Source of the DNA: Myxococcales bacterium | GTDB lineage: Bacteria; Myxococcota_A; UBA9042; JABWCM01; BTVJ01 | Length of the DNA stretch: 64,000 bases | Direction of reading: 5' to 3' | NCBI GenBank assembly: GCA_045863395.1 | Contig: BTVJ01000025.1 | Span: forward strand, 31,448 to 95,447 | Shown here: piece after piece, positions 58,368 through 64,000 of the stretch | Layout of the letters: each line of letters starts with the position of its first letter | Position numbering within the stretch: the first letter of the stretch is position 1 | The notes under the pieces: model-generated | The model's input: only the letters and a program-made list of their open reading frames with translations | Database searches by the model: none | Told to the model about the DNA's origin: nothing | Program-made: the position numbers and the translations under genes

Positions 58368-59225
58368 GTGCTATCCGTCACCACCTGCGATGGGTGGGTC
58401 CTCGCCGGGGAGGTCTGCGAAGCTGTGGGAGCGCCCGTGGCGCGGGCCGTCGGCGTCCACGCGATGATGTGTGATCGTCGCACGCTGGACCGACCGCGGG
58501 GCGCTGGTCTTGCGTCCGCGCTGGCGCGCGCCGGCGTGGAGGTACATCTCTACGACCTGCGGGGCCATGGTCAGAGCACGGGGGGCGACCCGCGGGTCGT
58601 CACCTACGACGACCTCGTGCTCCAGGACATCCCTGCCCTGCTCCGAGCGACGGCCGCTTTGGAGCCCCGGCTCCCACTCGTCCTGGTCGGGCACAGTCTG
58701 GGGGCCCACGCGGGCCTGGCTGCCGTGGGGAGCGACCGAGGTCTCGCGGTGGCGGGCGTCGTCAGCCTCGGCGGCAACATCTGGATGCGCCGCACGGAGC
58801 CGGACGCCCGGCGCTGGGCGGTCAAGCGGCTCTCCATGGAGCTGTGGGGTGCCATCGCGTGGTTCGGCGGGCGGTTCCCGACCCGCGCCCTCCGCATGGG
58901 CACTGACGACGAGGCGCTCCCCTACGTGAGACAGCTCGTGGGGTTCTCACGCACGGGGCGCTGGAGCGGCGCGCGCGACTGGGACGGGGCGCTGGCGAGG
59001 GTCACCTGCCCCGTGCTCAGCGTGACCAGCCGGGACGACCGCTGGATGTGCCGCCCGGTGTCGGCGGCACGGTGGCTGGAGGCGCTACCCCAGACCGAGC
59101 ACCGGATCGTCGGCGACCGCCCTGGTGATCCGCGCGGCGTGGGCCACATGGGGCTCGCCACGGACCCTCGCATGGCGTCAATCCATCGCGAGATCTCCGG
59201 CTGGGTGCGGTCGGTAGCCCGGTAG
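58368..59225 (+). CDS. Alpha/beta hydrolase
   Basis: DLRGHGQS, GHSLG nucleophile elbow, DD and GHM triad residues. Starts immediately after the MurD-like stop. Confidence 0.85.
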   Translation: MLSVTTCDGWVLAGEVCEAVGAPVARAVGVHAMMCDRRTLDRPRGAGLASALARAGVEVHLYDLRGHGQSTGGDPRVVTYDDLVLQDIPALLRATAALEPRLPLVLVGHSLGAHAGLAAVGSDRGLAVAGVVSLGGNIWMRRTEPDARRWAVKRLSMELWGAIAWFGGRFPTRALRMGTDDEALPYVRQLVGFSRTGRWSGARDWDGALARVTCPVLSVTSRDDRWMCRPVSAARWLEALPQTEHRIVGDRPGDPRGVGHMGLATDPRMASIHREISGWVRSVAR

Positions 59226-59262
59226 TACCAGACGTGCACGCCGCCGTGCCACGTAGCCGAAG

Positions 59263-59697
59263 TCAGGCCGTATGGCCGCCCTCCAGTGGCTGGTGCTCCC
59301 CCTCGGGGAGCGCGACCCCGAGCCTCCCGAGCAAGGCTCGAAGCGCGGGGTTGGCTCCCATCCAGGCGAGCTCGTCGGGAGTCAAGAAGGTCGAGCGGCG
59401 GGCAGCAAGCCAGGGCGCGGTGACGCTGATCTCCACCGTGTCCGGGTGCGCGCGGACGACGATTGCTCCGCGCCCGTCCGAGTCCACGCGCAAGAGCATC
59501 CGCCCGAGTCTGTCCAGAAATTGATGCGCTCGCAGCGCCAGCAGGTTCTGCGGGTCAGAGAAGAACGCAAAGTTCCTGTTCCGGCTCAGGGCACTGGGCT
59601 CCCCCCGAATGGACCAGAGGCGCGCGATCCCGTGGAGGTTGTCGCGCTCGCTCGCGTCGCTCCACTGCTCCCTCGTGGCTTCACCGCTGTCGGTCAT
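59263..59697 (-). CDS. Hypothetical protein
   Basis: GGAGG RBS; ORF MTDSGEAT..LSRNRNFAFF..RRSTFLTPDEL. Confidence 0.55.
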   Translation of the reverse strand: MTDSGEATREQWSDASERDNLHGIARLWSIRGEPSALSRNRNFAFFSDPQNLLALRAHQFLDRLGRMLLRVDSDGRGAIVVRAHPDTVEISVTAPWLAARRSTFLTPDELAWMGANPALRALLGRLGVALPEGEHQPLEGGHTA

Positions 59698-59828
59698 GGC
59701 ACGTGCCTCCTGGGGAAAGGTTAACCAACCCCGCGGAGACCGAGTATAGCGCTGGTCGGATGTACCGGGAAGCCGGCGAGGGCGTGGGTTGGAGGGAGAA
59801 CGGGCGGGAGGGGCGGTCGGGCAGGACG

Positions 59829-61190
59829 CTACTTGCGCATCAGGTAGACGCTTCCGCCGCGCTTCTTGCCGGCAAGAGCGCCGGTCCAGGACCCATTGAG
59901 GCTCTGGTTGCTCTTTCCGAACTTGCCGTACACGCGCACGAAGTCGTCTCCGTTGACGCCCTGGGCCGTCATCTTGCCGCCGCTCAGGACGTACCCCGAA
60001 AGGCTGAACACCTTGCCGCCGACCTGCGCCGTGCCGCTGATGTTCTTCTTGTTGCCCGCCACCTTGAGCAGGATCTGGCCGCCCACGGCGCCGAACACCT
60101 TGCCGGAGTAGGCACCCGTGACGGGGGTAGCCGGCTTCTTCTGGGCCTCGGCCTCGGTGACGACGTCCTCGTCGGCCATCGGCGGGCAATTCGCCGTGCC
60201 CTCGTCGACGGCCTCCTTGAAGCCTGGCTCAACCTCGAACTTCTTGCGAAGCTCGACGTACTGCTCGCCGGTCATCTCGAAGTTCTCGAGGACGTCCTTC
60301 TGGAGCTGCCCCATCCGCTCGGGCTTCACGTTCGCCTGGCGCATGCACTTGTTCTGTACCAGGATTCCGATCACCTTGGAGCGCTGCACGTCGTCAAACG
60401 TAGGGCACTCGGCGATGGCCGCGTCGATGCGGCCCTGGACGCCCGCGTCCTTGGCCTTGATCTCGTTCAGCTTCAGGGCGTGGCCCGCCTGATCCATCCC
60501 CGAGTCGGCGTAGAGATCCGCCTCGACCTGGATCATCTTCTGGGCGTCGGTCTCCTTCTTGCGGAGGCAGCCGACGTCGACGGCGAGATTGATGACCGCA
60601 GCCTTCGCCTCCTCGCTCAGCTGGGGCATGCAGGCTTCCTTGGCCGCCTCTGCCGCCTCATCCTTGAACTTGCCCGTATCGGCGACGTAGGTGTCGAGTA
60701 CGTACTCGTACTTCTTGAGGATCTCGAGGCGGGTGGCGTCTGCCTGGCTCTTGTCCTCCAGCTTGGCGATGGAGCACTCTACCTCGGCGTAGGTCTTGAC
60801 CCACTCGTCCTTGGTGTGCTCCTTCGGGGCGGCAGCGGCCTCAGCGGCGGCCTTGCCCTCCGCGAGGGCCTCGGCGCGCGCCTCCTCGATCTTCTTCTCA
60901 GCCTCGGCGAGCGCCTCGGCCCGGGCCTCCTCCACCTTCTTCTGAGCCTCCTCCGGAGAGAGGCCCTCTTCCTTCTTCTCCTCGGCGGCCTCCTCCTTCT
61001 TCTCCTCGGCGGCCTCCTCCTTCTTCTCCTCGGCGGCCTCTTCCTTCTTCTCGGCGGCCTCCTCCTTCTTCTCTTCCTTCTTCTCCGCCGGAGCGGCGGG
61101 CGTCGCGGGGGTCTCGCTCTTGTCGCAGGCCATGCCGCCCGCAAGCAGCGCCGCCGCCAGCGCGGTTGCTGCCAGGAAACGAATCTTCAT
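59829..61190 (-). CDS. Lipoprotein with EEKKEEAA repeats, Cys-linked helical repeats and a beta-rich C-terminus
   Basis: MKIRF..GGMAC lipobox; GGAGG RBS. Confidence 0.75.
   Translation of the reverse strand: MKIRFLAATALAAALLAGGMACDKSETPATPAAPAEKKEEKKEEAAEKKEEAAEEKKEEAAEEKKEEAAEEKKEEGLSPEEAQKKVEEARAEALAEAEKKIEEARAEALAEGKAAAEAAAAPKEHTKDEWVKTYAEVECSIAKLEDKSQADATRLEILKKYEYVLDTYVADTGKFKDEAAEAAKEACMPQLSEEAKAAVINLAVDVGCLRKKETDAQKMIQVEADLYADSGMDQAGHALKLNEIKAKDAGVQGRIDAAIAECPTFDDVQRSKVIGILVQNKCMRQANVKPERMGQLQKDVLENFEMTGEQYVELRKKFEVEPGFKEAVDEGTANCPPMADEDVVTEAEAQKKPATPVTGAYSGKVFGAVGGQILLKVAGNKKNISGTAQVGGKVFSLSGYVLSGGKMTAQGVNGDDFVRVYGKFGKSNQSLNGSWTGALAGKKRGGSVYLMRK
60965..61086 (-). repeat. Coding tandem repeats of about 21-24 bp (EEKKEEAA)
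   Basis: Repeated TCCTTCTTCTCCTCGGCGGCCTC-like units on the + strand. Confidence 0.8.
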
Positions 61191-61357
61191 TCCATCCTCC
61201 TTCGTGTCTGCACCGAAGGCCCCGAGACGTTCGCCCGAGAGCCCTGCCTGAGCGCCGCGTATGCACGGAACAGTTCGTGCCGGGCGTCGCTCTGACGCGA
61301 TCCTTGGTGGAGCCTCACGCTCGGCGTCCTGCGCGTGGGCCCACTCGTGACCGCGCG

Positions 61358-61386
61358 ATGATAGAAACCCCGCCCCATTCTGTCAA
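61358..61386 (-). promoter_or_regulatory. Near-consensus sigma70 promoter for the lipoprotein gene
   Basis: On the minus strand, TTGACA-N17-TATCAT. Confidence 0.65.
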
Positions 61387-61637
61387 CGGCGCCGCGAGGG
61401 GCCCCGGGCGGACCTCCAAGGAGGAGCTTCGGGCGGCATCCCGCGGGGGACTGGCGCCTGGCACGTGCGTTGGGGGCGGGGGGTGTCATACGCATCCCGC
61501 ACGCCGGTAGGCCCCTCCGGACAGCTCGGATCGTGCGGGATGGACCGCACCCGGGCGCTTTCGAGCTACCTGGCGATGTGGTAGCCTGCGGCCGCCATGT
61601 GTGCTGTACGCCTGCCACGACCTGCCCGGACTAGCTC

Positions 61638-62942
61638 ATGATTGCGCTGGACGCACCCTCGGACTTCCCCTCTCGGCTGCCCCGCTCGGCCCTGGACAGC
61701 GACGCCACCGCCGCCATCGCTCACCTTCAGCGAAACGGGTTCATGGCGTACTTCGTCGGGGGGTGCGTGCGTGACCTGTTGCTCGGGCGCAGACCAAAAG
61801 ACTTCGACATCGTCACGAGTGCAACGCCGACCGAGATCAAGCGCCTCTTCCGCAACTGTCGCTTGATTGGCCGTAGGTTCCGTCTGGCCCACCTCTACTA
61901 CGGTTCCAAGATCATCGAGGCCGCGACCTTCCGGGGCGCGAGCGCCGCCGACGGGCGCACCCGCATCGAAGATCAGGGCTCCGTCGAGCGCACCAACACC
62001 TTCGGTACGCCGGAGGAGGACGCTTTTTCGCGGGACTTCACCGTCAATGCCCTGCTCTATGACCCCGTGAAGAGGTCGGTGATCGACTTCGTGGGAGGCA
62101 CCCGCGATCTAGTTGCAGGGTGCCTCCGGACCATCGGCGATCCCATGCGCCGCTTCGAGGAGGATCCGGTGCGCATCCTTCGCGCCGTGAAGTTCGCTTC
62201 GCGCCTCGGGTTCAGGGTCGCACCGGAGGTACAGGTGGCAATGCGGGTTCACGCTCACCTGATCGCTACCTGCCCACCGCCGCGAGTAACGGAGGAGGTA
62301 TTCCGGATTGCCGAGTCACGCCACTTCGAGCTTGCCGTGGAGGTCATGACGGGGGCCGGAGTGCTGGGCTCGATCCTCCCCGAAGTCGCGACCAGGTTGG
62401 ACGACAGCGCGTCGAGGGCGCGCTTCGGCCGGCTCGCCAGGGCGGTGGACCGCACGGGGCGCGCGTACGAGTCCGTGCCGAGGGAGCTGATCCTTCCAGC
62501 ACTTTTGTACCCTCTGCTCATCGACGGTACGTCTGGGGCCTTGCGTCCTGCGCCCGGTTTGGGAGAGCAGGCCCTCACGATTGCCCATCCCCTCCTCGAC
62601 CGCATGCAGATACCGGCGCGCCTGCGGGAGTCACTCCGCGCGACCATGAACGTCCTGGGCGCCATTCGGGGAGCCGTCGCGCCGCCCCAGGGGAGGCGCG
62701 CGCGTAGCGTGCTGGCCAGCCCGTCGTTTGACACCGCGCTCGGTATGCTCCGCCTGATTCACCAGACCGAGGGTGGCGCTTGGCCCAGTTACTCCAACTG
62801 GGCTTGGGCTCGCGAGGGCCGCGCCACAATAGCACCCGCCGTGCGCGCCACCAACGAGGAGCCACCGTCGGGGGGGCCCCAAACGCAACGCCAGAAGAGG
62901 AGGCGTCGCCGGTCAACGTCACGAGCCACCCTTCCGACCTGA
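61638..62942 (+). CDS. pcnB: Poly(A) polymerase I
   Basis: VGGCVRDLLLG..KDFDIVT; PAP-specific LIGRRFRLAHL signature; RDFTVNAL, EDPVRILRA and an Arg-rich C-terminal tail. Confidence 0.88.
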   Translation: MIALDAPSDFPSRLPRSALDSDATAAIAHLQRNGFMAYFVGGCVRDLLLGRRPKDFDIVTSATPTEIKRLFRNCRLIGRRFRLAHLYYGSKIIEAATFRGASAADGRTRIEDQGSVERTNTFGTPEEDAFSRDFTVNALLYDPVKRSVIDFVGGTRDLVAGCLRTIGDPMRRFEEDPVRILRAVKFASRLGFRVAPEVQVAMRVHAHLIATCPPPRVTEEVFRIAESRHFELAVEVMTGAGVLGSILPEVATRLDDSASRARFGRLARAVDRTGRAYESVPRELILPALLYPLLIDGTSGALRPAPGLGEQALTIAHPLLDRMQIPARLRESLRATMNVLGAIRGAVAPPQGRRARSVLASPSFDTALGMLRLIHQTEGGAWPSYSNWAWAREGRATIAPAVRATNEEPPSGGPQTQRQKRRRRRSTSRATLPT

Positions 62943-63294
62943 CCCTCGACCTCTGCGAGACAATTCAGCGGTTTGGAGTCACCGCACCCTTCCAGAGCCA
63001 GTATCGACGAGCTGCCTGGCGGTGACGGTCCAGGTAGAGCTGCCCTGTTGAGCCTGTCGGCAGGAGCAGCTCGGACCACATTGTCAGGCCCGTTCGAGGC
63101 AGACCGACCGCAACTTCATCGCCCTGGTCGTGCGGTCGCATCCTCAGTGAAGGCTTTGAGTGGTTTGCGCTGTCCTCAGACGAAGGTCGCGAGACGTTTC
63201 TCGCACATTCAGTTGTCGTGAGGGTGAGAAGACTGGGTCCGCCGGCGTTTCGGACCCTGGAGGGTGGGAGTCAGTCGCCCAACATACGGAGGGT

Positions 63295-64000
63295 CTACGG
63301 ACAGACAGCCCCGCACGGGGACACTGCCTCGGACACGCAGATAGAGTCCCAGGCAGTGCCGCAGCAGAAGGGATCGATTGCGCAGACGCAGTTCTGGATG
63401 CCTGCATTTGAGCATCCCGGAGTGCCCTGTGCCGTGCAGCATGTCCCGGCGCTAGACCCACCGCACATCTGGATCGCCTCGTCCGCACAGATACCGTCCC
63501 AGGCCGTGTTGCAGCAGAACGAGTCCACCGCGCACACCGTCTGGCAGCAGCTCACGTTCGAGCAGCCGGGAGTGCCGTTGGCGCTGAAGCAGTCGCCGCC
63601 CTGACCGGGGCAACCGCCCGGGCAGGCGCCGCAGTCGTTCGGGCACGTCGTGCACGTCTCCGTGCCGTTGCACGCGCCGTCACCGCAGACCGGCGGGGGC
63701 GGGCCGCACATCTGGGTGGCCTCGTCCGCACAGATGCTGTCCCAGGCCGTGTTGCAGCAGAACGAGTCCACCGCGCACACCGTCTGGCAGCAGCTCACGT
63801 TCGAGCAGCCGGGAGTGCCGTTGGCGCTGAAGCAGTCGCCGCCCTGACCGGGGCAACCGCCCGGGCAGGCGCCGCAGTCGTTCGGGCACGTCGTGCACGT
63901 CTCCGTGCCGTTGCACGCGCCGTCACCGCAGACCGGCGCCACCTGGCACATCTGAGCAGCCTCGTCGGCGCAGATGCTGTCCCAGCCCGACTCGCAGCAG
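63295..64000 (-). CDS. Cys-rich repeat protein, C-terminal part; starts beyond the right edge
   Basis: Repeats of CCxTAWDxICAxEA and VCGDGACNGTETCTTCPNDCGAC; the frame is open to the window edge. Confidence 0.75.
   Translation of the reverse strand, partial: CCESGWDSICADEAAQMCQVAPVCGDGACNGTETCTTCPNDCGACPGGCPGQGGDCFSANGTPGCSNVSCCQTVCAVDSFCCNTAWDSICADEATQMCGPPPPVCGDGACNGTETCTTCPNDCGACPGGCPGQGGDCFSANGTPGCSNVSCCQTVCAVDSFCCNTAWDGICADEAIQMCGGSSAGTCCTAQGTPGCSNAGIQNCVCAIDPFCCGTAWDSICVSEAVSPCGAVCP
63461..63938. repeat. Near-identical 243-bp tandem duplication (81-aa unit), with a third copy starting near 63946
   Basis: 63461-63695 recurs at 63704-63938 with few mismatches. Confidence 0.88.

Noticed and set aside
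1..64000. tRNA, rRNA, IS elements, integrases, prophage genes
   Set aside because: None recognised by eye. Covariance-model and HMM scans would be needed to exclude small RNAs.

Overview
GC-rich, gene-dense chromosomal window from a bacterium that looks like Myxococcota or another deltaproteobacterium. The signs are MYXO-CTERM-type tails, PEGA/TPR/FHA proteins, Ser/Thr kinases, Cys-rich repeat lipoproteins and ECF sigma factors. Housekeeping genes: mobA, queE, purE/purK, yebC-ruvC-ruvA-ruvB, exbB-exbD-tonB, rho-rpmE-prfA, glpK, trmL and pcnB. I saw no rRNA, tRNA, CRISPR array or transposase. The best candidate for an undescribed system is a tightly coupled operon at 54489-59225: a MurC-like ligase with altered substrate motifs, a 54-aa LysW-like zinc-ribbon protein ending EEDEK (55881-56045, absent from the ORF track), a cytoplasmic NlpC/P60 peptidase, a divergent MurD-like ligase and an alpha/beta hydrolase. 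It may be a carrier-protein-based Mur-ligase peptide pathway. A second candidate at 39783-44719 encodes a PLD-family nuclease lipoprotein, a ComEA-type HhH outer-membrane barrel and a four-lamin-tail-domain surface protein, abutting exbB-exbD-tonB; it may capture and take up extracellular DNA. All calls come from motif recognition by eye, with no database searches.
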